Positions 54,754 through 64,000 are shown, numbered from the stretch's first letter. The stretch: DNA of 64,000 nucleotides from an uncultured Planctomycetaceae bacterium (GCA_963815195.1 CAWFGE010000008.1:384001-448000), one strand, 5' to 3'. The notes: generated from the sequence alone by a model not told the origin. Program-made: numbers and translations.

Positions 54754-54880
54754 CAAAAAGCCATAACCCCAGGGTCGGCTCTCGGCGAAAGCGTCGAGAG
54801 CTTTCGGGCGATCCCATTCGACGCCGAATCGTGTGTCTCCATTCGCAAACACGTGAGACAAGCCACGGCTGGCCCACGGT
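54754..54880 (-). promoter_or_regulatory. Candidate structured leader RNA ending in a U-tract
   Basis: Closing stem AGCCGTGGCT/GGTTATGGCT (with G-U pairs) encloses three hairpins and is followed by TTTTT. Confidence 0.4.
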
Positions 54881-55135
54881 GTAAGTTGTTGCCGCAACTT
54901 GGGATAAGTTGGCCGATTTTGCAATTGTCTCGGCCCGCGCAAGAGAAAACCCCTGGGTCGCGGGGTTGCGATCCAGGGGTTCAGTGGAGCGGTCCAGACG
55001 CTCTTCAAAACTTTTGCAGAGACATTTTCGATGTCGGGTTCTCTATAGCGAAGCGAATTTCGCAGTTTGGTTCGGATAGCGGGCCGGACCCTCTTCCAAA
55101 CTGGTTCGCCATAGCAAATCGGATCCATCGAGATT

Positions 55136-55894
55136 CTAGGTCAGTCGGGCAGATTCGGGAACGCGCGATTTTTGCTTTTGCCAGAAGCGGCGAAGGCCGA
55201 AGGTAAGTAACGCCAGGCTGCCGAAAGCCATGAGAGCCAGACCGGAGGGTTCGGGCACGGCGGACGCAAAGGTGATCGTGCCCGACGAACTCGTGTAGTC
55301 CAAAGTGCTTGAGGAACTATCTGGGTGAAAAACCGTGTTCGGCCCGGCAATGAGGCTAATTGTAAATGAGTCTCCCATATTAGGAGCTAAGGTTCCGCTA
55401 CCGGAGACCAAGTCGAGTTCCGCCAAGAGCCGCGGCGTCGCCCCCAAAGACACGTTGTTGGCCGTCGAGACGTCGCTTCCGATAAATGTATCATTCGGGC
55501 TCGTGGTCGTACTCACGCTTCCGACTGGGGTGGGAGCAATAATGATGGGAGGAAACCCTGGAAATGGCGGTGGCAAAACCTGACCGTCGCGCTTCAAGCT
55601 GCCAGTGCTGAAAACATAACCGGCATTCGACAATTGAGAATCGCTTTGCGGATCGAGGAATTGAAGTTCGGTCGCCGTTGCGCCGACGGGATCGATGCGG
55701 AATTCAAAATTGAACCGGTTGAGCGTGTCTGCACCGTCGCTGGAAATCCAGACGTCAACGGTTCCTGCACTGCCGGGTGAGAATTGGGTACTCTCGATGG
55801 AGATCGTCAGCATGCCCGACCAGACGATCCCAGGCGCTAGAGCGATTAAGAACGCACTAGTGAATACAGTCGAATTCCAAGCCGTCTTGTTCAT
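55136..55894 (-). CDS. PEP-CTERM surface protein
   Basis: Signal peptide, Ser/Thr-rich beta domain, VPEPSGLALMAFGSLALL followed by an RR/K tail. Confidence 0.88.
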   Translation of the reverse strand: MNKTAWNSTVFTSAFLIALAPGIVWSGMLTISIESTQFSPGSAGTVDVWISSDGADTLNRFNFEFRIDPVGATATELQFLDPQSDSQLSNAGYVFSTGSLKRDGQVLPPPFPGFPPIIIAPTPVGSVSTTTSPNDTFIGSDVSTANNVSLGATPRLLAELDLVSGSGTLAPNMGDSFTISLIAGPNTVFHPDSSSSTLDYTSSSGTITFASAVPEPSGLALMAFGSLALLTFGLRRFWQKQKSRVPESARLT

Positions 55895-56040
55895 GTGAGG
55901 TTTTCTCTCTGTATCTCAGGCCAATCTTGGACTGTTACTATTTTGTCAGATGGAAGGGGCTAAACGCAATTGCCAAGTCGACAGAATGCACCACCTTTTG
56001 TCTTTCGCGCAACGGCGTGAACGGGCAATCACGTTCACTT

Positions 56041-56866
56041 TCAATCATCCAAGTGCAAACTCCCGTCTAGGATTTTTCCTAGCTCATAATAAGATGCATA
56101 GAGGTCGTCGACGTTGACGACTCCGTCTCCGTTGACATCAACATCGAGATTGCTCCCCGTTTGCCCGATGGCGTCGTTGATCGCATAGAGGTCGGTGCTG
56201 TCGACGACGCGATCCCCATTCGTGTCCCCGTAGAGCCGGTAGAAATTCTCGGTGGTTTCCAGGCCATTGGAGAGATTGTTATCCAAATCGAAGTTCAAGC
56301 CGTAGTAGCCGTCGCCGACGTTCGAGTTGGGATCTCCGCCGATGCCGCCGGCACCGAAATCAATTTGAATCGTCTGGCCGACGAGAGTGATCATCCCGGC
56401 GGTGAGTGTCACGTCTGTCTGACTAGCGGCCGATCCAGTCAAATCCCTTCGCGTCAAGTGGATTCGATCATTTGATGGATCTTCATCCTTCAAACTGTCA
56501 ATCAGCGCCTCTAATGCGGCCCCATCTTCGTTGAAGGTGATGTCCAGATAACGAATGTACGAGCGCTGGGACGCCCCTTTCTGCACGTCGAAGTTCGTAA
56601 TGGCGAGAGCCGGCGGGGAAGCAAACGTCTGGGTCACAATCACGTCTTGGTTGAGATCGGACGGGGCGGCCTCGATATTGCCGTTGCCGTCTGTGCCGAC
56701 GGTATAAAAACGATACGTGTGCGGGGAATCATCCGCAATGGCCTGGTAGGTCATGGTACCGGACTTGTTTGTGCCGCCGGCGTTGACTGTGGCAATGTTC
56801 TGCGGGGCTCCGCCATCAACTTGAACGAATATGTCGATCGTTGATAGTCCGCTGCCACCAACATCG
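56041..56866 (-). pseudogene. C-terminal remnant of a large surface protein with a dockerin-like domain
   Basis: Frame extends upstream to DVGGSGLSTIDIFVQVDGG; GDTNGDRVVDSTD and DVNGDGVVNVDD calcium-binding repeats; no N-terminus. Confidence 0.75.
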
Positions 56867-58970
56867 CATACTTGTCCGTTTGAAGGCGATTCCAGAAGTC
56901 GCTCGATTCTGTCTTGAACTTGTCGCGGAGTTTCCCAACGAGGAGATCCAGCCCTTTCGCTTCATCGACGACAAACCGGCTGACTCCCACGCTTTTCACG
57001 GGAGCTTGGACCTCCGGGAGCACGACGATCGGGAACTCTAGTCCCTTGGCCGCATGCACCGTCATCAATCGCACGTAAGACGGTCGGAGATCCTGGCTTG
57101 GGAGTTCACCCTCCGGCTTGTCGGCATTGGCTAGAATGCTGTGCCGGAGATGAGTGGCGAAGGCTCCCACGGTCAATGCCTGCTCAGATTGCCCCAGGTT
57201 GCGGGCAATCTCGCGAAGCCGCTCCAAGGTCTGCTCCCCTTCAATGTCGTCGTGCTTCTGATGCCACGCTCGAAGTTCGAGCAGTTCATCCATGCGGCCC
57301 AAAAGTTGCGGAACCGTGTCGGTACGGATGCCACTTCGAAGCTCGCGAATATGGTGGGCGACCTCGGGAAAATCGGACTCGAAACGGTCTGTTAATTCAT
57401 GCCCTTGCTTGCGGCCGTACCAGAGAATGCTCGCGGAAACGTCGCGCAATTCGATGTGACGCAGGTAAGGGGTTTCCAGCGCCAAGGCGAGTGGGATATC
57501 GCTTGGATAGTCAAGAATCCAGCGCAGCAACCGATAGACGGCGACCACTTCCCGGCGGCGATAAAACCGTTCCCCTGAGTCGCGGCGGACGTCGATTCCC
57601 TCGGCACCAAGCTTGGCACGAAGCCCGATCAAATACTGTTCCAGCGGCTCATTCTTGCGGAACAGCAATGCAATGTCGCCGGGCTTGACGTCGCGCGACG
57701 CCGTGCCGGTGTCGATCCGGTTTTTGAGCAGGCGGCGGATGACATAGGCGGTTTGGTCAATTCCCGCCGCACGATCGCCCCTGTCACCGGCATCAAAAAA
57801 TGTCAGGGGCGGTATCTTGCTCGTGGACTGAATCGTGCCTTCATGAGGCTTGAGTGGCTGGCCAAGTTCGGGATAGCGTGCGGCCATCGAGCGGAACAGT
57901 GCGTTGTAGGCGTTCAGGAGTTGCTCGGTCGGGCGGCGCGAGATGCTCAAACGCAACAAGTCAGTTCCCTTCTCTTTCGCAATGTCCGGAAGCGAAAGCC
58001 CCGCTCCGCGAAAACCATAGATCGACTGCTTGGCGTCGCCCACAACCATCACCCGATCGAGGTAGGGCTGAAGTTGATCGACGATCCGCTTCTGCAACGC
58101 ATCCGTGTCTTGCGACTCATCAATGAACAGGTAACGGTAGCGCCGGCCCAGGTTGCGGGCCACGGCAGGGCCGTCGTTGCTCTCCAACACCTCGGCCGCG
58201 AACAGCACCAAATCCGTGGCATCGACGCGGTTCGCTTCGATCTTCTTCTGATGATACCGCTTATGCAGTTCGGCCACCGCATTGGCCAAGGCCGCGCGAT
58301 AAGGCTTCCCCACGTCCTCTGGTTGATTGTTCGTTGCCTGGGCAACACGCGCTGGATCGAGACCGCGGTTGCGCAGGGCGGCGTAGATGCTGTTGATGAG
58401 TCGTTCGAGATCGTAAAGCTTCCAATTCGGAGTGCATGTCGAGATCACAGGGCCTGGGTTGGCGGCGGTGAGGAGTTCGGTTAGGACTTCCTCCATCGCC
58501 TCATACTGCATTCCGGGGCTGTAGTCGATGTTCGCAAGGCGTGCAATCTGGGCCCCATAGCCAAACGTCTGGAGGATTTCGCGACAGAATCCATGAATGG
58601 TGCCGACATATGCGCCGGCCAGACGTTCGCGGCAAGTTTGCCAGCGGCGCTGTTCGGGCCGGGAGGAACCGGCAGCCATTTCCAGGTCTTCTAGCGTGGT
58701 TTCCAGGCGTCGGCGGAGTTCGTCGGCGGCTTTGTTCGTGAAGGTGATCAAAACGAACTGGTCCAGTGAAGCCTCCAGTCGCTGCAAAAGCAGTTCAAAA
58801 GCCGCGGCGACCGTGGTGCGGGTTTTTCCCGCGCCAGCCCCCGCATCAACAACCGTAAAAGGGTTCGCGATGACGGAATCGACGACCGCCGCCTGCTCCT
58901 CGCTCACCGTCAATCCGCCGCGCATGAGCGGAGCCAGCGCTTCCACTTGGACATCCTGAATTTGATTCAT
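56751..58970 (-). CDS. UvrD/AddA-like SF1A helicase, apparently truncated near 56866 (motif VI missing)
   Basis: AGAGAGKT, ITFTNKAA, GTIHGFC, IDESQD, VGDAKQSIYGFRGA and TVHAAKGLEF present; no YVA.TRA; the tail is out-of-frame dockerin-gene DNA. Confidence 0.85.
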   Translation of the reverse strand: MNQIQDVQVEALAPLMRGGLTVSEEQAAVVDSVIANPFTVVDAGAGAGKTRTTVAAAFELLLQRLEASLDQFVLITFTNKAADELRRRLETTLEDLEMAAGSSRPEQRRWQTCRERLAGAYVGTIHGFCREILQTFGYGAQIARLANIDYSPGMQYEAMEEVLTELLTAANPGPVISTCTPNWKLYDLERLINSIYAALRNRGLDPARVAQATNNQPEDVGKPYRAALANAVAELHKRYHQKKIEANRVDATDLVLFAAEVLESNDGPAVARNLGRRYRYLFIDESQDTDALQKRIVDQLQPYLDRVMVVGDAKQSIYGFRGAGLSLPDIAKEKGTDLLRLSISRRPTEQLLNAYNALFRSMAARYPELGQPLKPHEGTIQSTSKIPPLTFFDAGDRGDRAAGIDQTAYVIRRLLKNRIDTGTASRDVKPGDIALLFRKNEPLEQYLIGLRAKLGAEGIDVRRDSGERFYRRREVVAVYRLLRWILDYPSDIPLALALETPYLRHIELRDVSASILWYGRKQGHELTDRFESDFPEVAHHIRELRSGIRTDTVPQLLGRMDELLELRAWHQKHDDIEGEQTLERLREIARNLGQSEQALTVGAFATHLRHSILANADKPEGELPSQDLRPSYVRLMTVHAAKGLEFPIVVLPEVQAPVKSVGVSRFVVDEAKGLDLLVGKLRDKFKTESSDFWNRLQTDKYAMLVAADYQRSTYSFKLMAEPRRTLPQSTPAAQTSPVP

Positions 58971-58984
58971 AATTGTTCTCCCCA

Positions 58985-61936
58985 CTAATCCGGCACGCCC
59001 AAACACGTAGTGCGCAAAGGACAAAGTTCGCAATGGTCGCCGGGGTTTTTCGGAAAGCGGCCATCGTGCATGGCGCGAACATGTTTCGCCAGATCTAGTT
59101 GGTATTCGGCGTATGTATCCGGGTACGAGTCTTTGCCTAACGCCGCCCGGATGCACTTTCTCCACCACTCGACGGCTGGCTTTGTCGCGGTGAATACAGC
59201 GACGCCGTCGATTTCGATTTCTGAATCCGGTCCACCGCTGTCTCGATACGCGGGCATCAGCCAATGCTGGTGTGTCAAGGCGTTGTGGAGCGAGTAGGCA
59301 AATTTCCCGATTCGCAGAACGTGGACAAGTCCAGTTTCCACCGTCACGGTCTTACTGTCGATCTGCAGAACGAAGTGCAAAGTCTCCGGAGTATGCTCGA
59401 TGGCTACTCCATATTGGAAATTCGTCGGCTTTTGACCCAGCCAGTTGACGAGGCCGTCCACACTGGTCTTCAATTGTTGCCGAATGATCTTCCAGTCCAT
59501 CACCTTCATGGCGGGAAATAACGCTTCGATCTCGGGTCGAGTCTGCCTCAGCGCCTCGTAAAGGGCCTGGCGGAGTTGCTCCGCGTCGGAAAACGGCATC
59601 TTCCCGACGAGTTTCTCAAACGCGCTTTCCAGCCAAACTCCCTGCGCAAAGAATTTCAACTGGAAGGCATCCCGAAACCGCCGCGCATCCTGGTCGAACC
59701 GCTCGAATCTCGCCCGGAACGGACACAGGCGGAACAACGCCACATCGTGCAGCATATACGTGTTCGACAGACCCGGAAGAGCCAACGGTGGCAAGAGTTT
59801 GCCCGCCTCACTGGGTGGTTCTACGACATCCCCTGCCACGGGTTGTTGTCCCAAGAGTTTAGCCGCCACTACGAGATAAGGCGATGGCCCATAAGTCCGG
59901 TCTTCTCCCCGCTGCGCGTAGGACAGATGGAGTCGGTCCTTTGCTGCGCGGACAACTGTCAGGAAGAAATAGCGTTCTTTTTCCCCTTCCTCATCGGCTT
60001 TGAGTTCGAAGAACGGCCAAGTCATCGCCACCGGGCGCGGCACACGAAGGGAATCCAGACCTAAGTAGAATACAACCTGCCGCGGCGAACCGTCGAGACC
60101 TTCGGGAGTGGTGACCCAGACCTGTCCAGACACGACTTCCTCATCGTCCGGTTTGGCCTGTTGGTACTCGCGGGCCACCCCGCTCAGCGCCTCCCCGAAC
60201 TCCTCATCGTTCACGGGGATGGCGCTTGTGCTCATCACTTGTTCGAGGGCGGCCACGATCTGTTCGACCAGGTCGCGTTCATCTTTGCGCAGGTCATGCC
60301 GGTTCAAAATCGTCAATTCGTCACGGAGTTTGCGAATGTGCTCCGCGAAAGTGCGCTTCTGCCCATCGAACAATCGATCGCAAAGGTCTTTGATTTGCTT
60401 TAAGGCCCTCCGCCATAGGCCAAGTTCGCGTTCTCCCGCTTGCCCGCTGGGAAGACGCTGAGCATAGGGTTCGCTTGGCCTCGCCGGTTGCGCGAGCGCT
60501 TTGTTCCAATCTTCGAGCGTTCGGCAACGTTCGAATAGTTGAGCATGCGCTGCGTTGAAAGCATCGACGGTCCCTTGCACGTCCGCCCCCAACCAACCGG
60601 AAAGGAGCATCGTTTCAAACTGGTCCGGCCGAATCTCCAACCGCTGATCGTTGTGAATTTCATAGAGCGTGAGTGCGAAGCGCCCGAGGGGCGTCAGCAG
60701 AAGAACGCGCGGCTCGACGCGGAGGCGATGTTGCAGACCAAGCCGGCGCGCCTCTTCCTGCAGAATGGTGAGGTATTCGCTCCCGTTCCGCGACACAATC
60801 GCAATCTGCTCCGGTTTCAATTGTTCCTCGTCCAAGTAGTGTTTCACGCGCTTCAGACACTGCGCCACCTCCCGGTTGCGATGGTGATAGAACTCGAGCG
60901 TTACGCTCTCATCAGAATCATCCGTCGCGGTGGGTGGTGTTTCCGCGAAGAGACCTGTCTGGAGTCGCCATAGCAAAGTGCCTCCATTTTTCAGGTCCGC
61001 GGGAAGTTCCTCTTGCATCACGCTTGGCTGATAGGGAGCGTAGGTCCGGTCCATCACGGCGAACGCCTCGGGCTGATTCGGATCCTGCGGATGCAGAAAT
61101 ACCACGCGCGCTCCACCGCTTAAGCATGATTGCACGAAGTAACGCTGGAGCGGCGTCAGGTAAGTAAAGCCTTCCATGACCACCAAGGGAGGCGGTTTGA
61201 ATCGCTCGCGCAGGAAATTGCGGGCGGCATCTTCAAAGGTCGGAAGCCCTGAAGACTTCACGTGGGCCCGATACTCGGTTTGAAGCTGCACAAGGATATC
61301 GCCTAGCGAAGGGTTAGTGAGTTGCTCGCGGAGTTCTGGGGTAAGCCCTTCCGTCAGGTCCTCACCGCGCTGCTCAAGTTCGCTGAGGGCATCGAGCCAG
61401 GGAGTCGCGTCATGCCTCACGATCTTCGCCACGCGCTCGTCCTGTATTGCGTCTTGGATGCCGCGAAGCAGGCAGACGCGCTGGTCGAAGCGGGTTAGGA
61501 TCTTCTGCGGATGCATTAGCAATCGTAGAACCCGGTCGAACCGCAAAGCCCTCTCGGGCTTATCATCGCTAGCAGACTGATTCGGCGATTTCTTCTCTGT
61601 GTTCGGCCCGTGCTGGATACTTGGAGTCAAATCGAATCGATTTGCTTCCATCGCCGCCGTAGGTGTGATGTATAAGTACGGATCGGTCTCCGGATTCAGA
61701 CCCAATGCATTACTAACTTCCTGATTGGAAGGTGGAGAACCCCGATAGGTCAGGCGGGTCACGGGCATGGCTTTTGGAGGTGCGGACTTGGCCGCGGTTG
61801 GGGAGAGTTGTTCTGAGGGTGATTCGTCGAACCCACGCACGCGCAGTTCGAAACGGCACTCCTTGCCCCCAGGATCCATCAGCATCCACGCGCCCGCTGG
61901 CCGTGCGCCGAATACGTACTCGCGCAGGAGTTCCAT
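58985..61936 (-). CDS. AddB/RexB-like inactive-helicase protein with C-terminal 4-Cys (Fe-S staple-like) domain
   Basis: MEGFTYLTPLQ, REV...IAIVSR, VVFYLGL, ERYFFL...A..RLHLSY, CPFR and PGDHCELCPLRTTC motifs; no Walker A; AddB-like part probably begins at M57 (61768). Confidence 0.7.
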   Translation of the reverse strand: MELLREYVFGARPAGAWMLMDPGGKECRFELRVRGFDESPSEQLSPTAAKSAPPKAMPVTRLTYRGSPPSNQEVSNALGLNPETDPYLYITPTAAMEANRFDLTPSIQHGPNTEKKSPNQSASDDKPERALRFDRVLRLLMHPQKILTRFDQRVCLLRGIQDAIQDERVAKIVRHDATPWLDALSELEQRGEDLTEGLTPELREQLTNPSLGDILVQLQTEYRAHVKSSGLPTFEDAARNFLRERFKPPPLVVMEGFTYLTPLQRYFVQSCLSGGARVVFLHPQDPNQPEAFAVMDRTYAPYQPSVMQEELPADLKNGGTLLWRLQTGLFAETPPTATDDSDESVTLEFYHHRNREVAQCLKRVKHYLDEEQLKPEQIAIVSRNGSEYLTILQEEARRLGLQHRLRVEPRVLLLTPLGRFALTLYEIHNDQRLEIRPDQFETMLLSGWLGADVQGTVDAFNAAHAQLFERCRTLEDWNKALAQPARPSEPYAQRLPSGQAGERELGLWRRALKQIKDLCDRLFDGQKRTFAEHIRKLRDELTILNRHDLRKDERDLVEQIVAALEQVMSTSAIPVNDEEFGEALSGVAREYQQAKPDDEEVVSGQVWVTTPEGLDGSPRQVVFYLGLDSLRVPRPVAMTWPFFELKADEEGEKERYFFLTVVRAAKDRLHLSYAQRGEDRTYGPSPYLVVAAKLLGQQPVAGDVVEPPSEAGKLLPPLALPGLSNTYMLHDVALFRLCPFRARFERFDQDARRFRDAFQLKFFAQGVWLESAFEKLVGKMPFSDAEQLRQALYEALRQTRPEIEALFPAMKVMDWKIIRQQLKTSVDGLVNWLGQKPTNFQYGVAIEHTPETLHFVLQIDSKTVTVETGLVHVLRIGKFAYSLHNALTHQHWLMPAYRDSGGPDSEIEIDGVAVFTATKPAVEWWRKCIRAALGKDSYPDTYAEYQLDLAKHVRAMHDGRFPKNPGDHCELCPLRTTCLGVPD

Positions 61937-61989
61937 GTTATCCGATACCGCCTCGTCGCGCGGAGGGATTTCAAATAATCGTCGGCTGA

Positions 61990-63553
61990 GTGTCTGGCCG
62001 TTTTCTATGGCGCGAACTGGGTAGAGTGTGTAAAGTAGGCAATCCTGTCGTCCGCGATGTGCGGGGGCGAGTTGATTTCACTTCCAGAGGAGGGATTGCG
62101 ATGCAGGAACCCCGAGTTGCCAAAGAGGTTTATATTGAGTCAATGCGGTCGGAGCTTGAGGGCTTGTTGGGCGAAGTGATGGAGGCCGTGAATGCGGCGC
62201 CGGGCGGTCGCGTGATTGCCGACAGTGAGGAGCAAGTGCGGCAGTTGATGCACGAGTTTCGCCGCCGGGCTTACGAGCGGGCCGTGCAGATGCGAGCGGA
62301 CTCAGCCGAGTCCGCTTTTCCCCCCTCCGGAGAACGAAGCGACGGGAACACCCATGCGCAACAAAGGTCGCCAGAAGCACACCGTGATGACGGTCAACGG
62401 GCGGGTTAAGCTTCGCCGGATTCGCTGGCAACCAGCCGGCGGCGGCAGCGTGACGCCGCTGGATGAGTGGTTGGACGAAGCCTGCCAGCAGTTCACGCAA
62501 GGCGTCGTCGAATTGGCCTGCCGATTGAACCGTTGCGAAAGCAGTTTTCTGGAACTGTCCGTGACCCTGAAGCGTGCGGCGGGGCTTTCGATCGGCAAGG
62601 AAACGCTCCGGCAATTGATCGAAGCCGAAGGCCAAACGGTCTTGGAACAAACGCGTCGCAACGAACTGAGGCCCGACTGGGAGGCGTCGGATTGCCAAAC
62701 CCCTGAGGGCGAAACTCGCGTGTATTTCGGTTGTGACGGCGTGAAGGTTCCCGTGATCACGGAGACGGAAAAGAAGCAGCGGCGGGCTCAGGTCGTCGAG
62801 AAACGGAAAGAACGCAAATCCGAGGGCCGCTCTCTCAATCCGTTGGAACGATTGAAGCCGGGCGCCGACGGCCCGTACAAGGAATTTCGTCTGGTGCAGT
62901 TTTATTCGGAAGACCAGGAAAACCGCTGGATCAGCGTCAGCCGGGGCGACCATGAAGTGGTCGGGCGGGTGATGCGCCGGGACGCCTCGCGGATTCAGTT
63001 GGATCAGGCGGACGCTTCGATCGGGATTTATGACGGGGCCGTGTGGATCGATCGCCAAGCGGAGAAACAAGGCCTGCGGTTGACCGCCCGCGGACTCGAC
63101 TTCTGGCATCTTCGGGATTACGCGCAAAAGACGCGGCGGTCGCTTTACGGAGACGACGAAGCCGGCAAAAGCTGGCTGGACGAATTGATGCACACCTTCA
63201 AGCATGAAGGTTACGAAACAGCGTGGGATCAGCTCACGACCCAGCGGGCCCAACTGGAAAACGAAACGAAAAAGCAAGCCCTGGATGGACTCTTGCACTA
63301 CATGGCCGAACGCAGCCATCTGATTAAATACCCCGAGTTCCGCGCCAACGGGTGGCAAATCGGCAGCGGTCCAACCGAAGCCCAATGCCGCACGACCACC
63401 AGCCGCATCAAAGGCAAAGGCCGCCGCTGGGATCCCGACAACGCCCTGGCCGTAATGGCCTTGGAAGCCCTCCACCAAAGCCACGCCTGGGACTCTCACT
63501 GGAACCTCAATTGACCAACCAACTTAACCCCGCCAGAATTTCCGGCCACACAC
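61990..63553 (+). mobile_element. Complete ISKra4-family insertion sequence
   Basis: Imperfect TIRs GTGTCTGGCCG / CGGCCACACAC; 8-bp target duplication TCGGCTGA at 61982-61989 and 63554-63561. Confidence 0.88.
62101..63514 (+). CDS. ISKra4-family transposase in two overlapping frames (62101-62409 and 62354-63514)
   Basis: T.NGRV...R, PLDEWL, GCDG, YDGAVWI, LDFWH, IGSG.TEA and G.RW motifs; TTTTCCCCCC at the frame change. Confidence 0.85.
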
Positions 63554-64000
63554 TCGGCTGATGAGTAGCACCAACTTGCCGCGGGCGCGGCTCACCAGCA
63601 CATTCAACCGATACGGGCTGAATAGGAAGTCCGCTTCGAGTTGGGCGAACTCCGGGTCGGAAACCACATAGCCGGCGAGAATTGCATCGCGCTCCCGACC
63701 CTGCATGCGCTCCACCGTTTCCACGACGGCATTAGGCCCGAAGGGGCCGGTCACCAGTTGATCTCGCAGCGCCGCGTTCTGGGTACGGTGCGGCGTGATC
63801 ACCGCCAGCCCACGGTTCCAGAGATCAACCAGGTCCCAATCGATTTGCCCTTTGGGCGGACGAATTCGCGGAGCCAAAAGTTCAACCAGGCGCTTGAGGA
63901 CTTCGCGTTCCAACGGATTGTCGGTCCCGGAGGCTGGTCCATCGTACAACAAGACGCAAACTGGGTTCTCGGGGTCGAGCACCTGGCGCTGCCACGGTTC
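63554..64000 (-). pseudogene. DNA2/Upf1-like SF1B helicase C-terminal (AAA_12) domain, interrupted by ISKra4; 5' part outside the window
   Basis: N..E, AVITPHRTQ, VETVERMQGRERD and RLNVLVSRAR.KLVL motifs. Confidence 0.88.

Noticed and set aside
56751..61936. Calling the pair canonical addA/addB or Gabija
   Set aside because: No visible nuclease motifs, the UvrD unit is short and truncated, there is no OLD nuclease partner, and it is linked to a DNA2-like helicase.
1..64000. tRNA, rRNA or a tRNA-type integration site
   Set aside because: None recognised by eye; tRNAscan-SE or Infernal would be needed to exclude them.

Overview
GC-rich bacterial DNA, very likely from a planctomycete: it has an ECF sigma/Ser-Thr kinase pair, a prenyltransferase-repeat protein, PEP-CTERM and dockerin-type proteins, and a DUF2924-recombinase module. 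(1) 1-11.7 kb looks like core chromosome: ECF sigma, mddA-like methyltransferase, lectin-fused phosphodiesterase, permease, nadD, hisF, with REP-rich spacers. (2) 11.7-28.9 kb is a mosaic of broken genes and mobile elements. It holds a nested IS1380 > serine-recombinase element > IS21 > Zn-ribbon resolvase stack, two amidohydrolases, a second IS21, and a terminase-DUF2924-large serine recombinase remnant. (3) 28.9-48.4 kb is a co-oriented glucan phosphorylase / pentose-phosphate / phosphoketolase / acetate kinase cluster with PPK2 and a P-type H+-ATPase. (4) 48.8-56.9 kb has an IS4-disrupted SDR, a stomatin gene with a leader terminator, a DUF2294 (MpsC-like) gene flanked by two structured leader-like regions, and PEP-CTERM and dockerin genes. 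(5) 56.9-64 kb is an operon of three SF1-helicase-fold units (DNA2/Upf1-like, AddB-like with four Fe-S-type Cys, UvrD-like), interrupted by an intact ISKra4-family element. The best candidates for undescribed biology are the helicase triad, the DUF2294-associated RNA leaders, and a recombinase element joined to istB at its Walker A codons. Many single-base frameshifts may be sequencing errors. No rRNA, tRNA or CRISPR array was recognised. All family calls come from motif recognition by eye, not from database searches.
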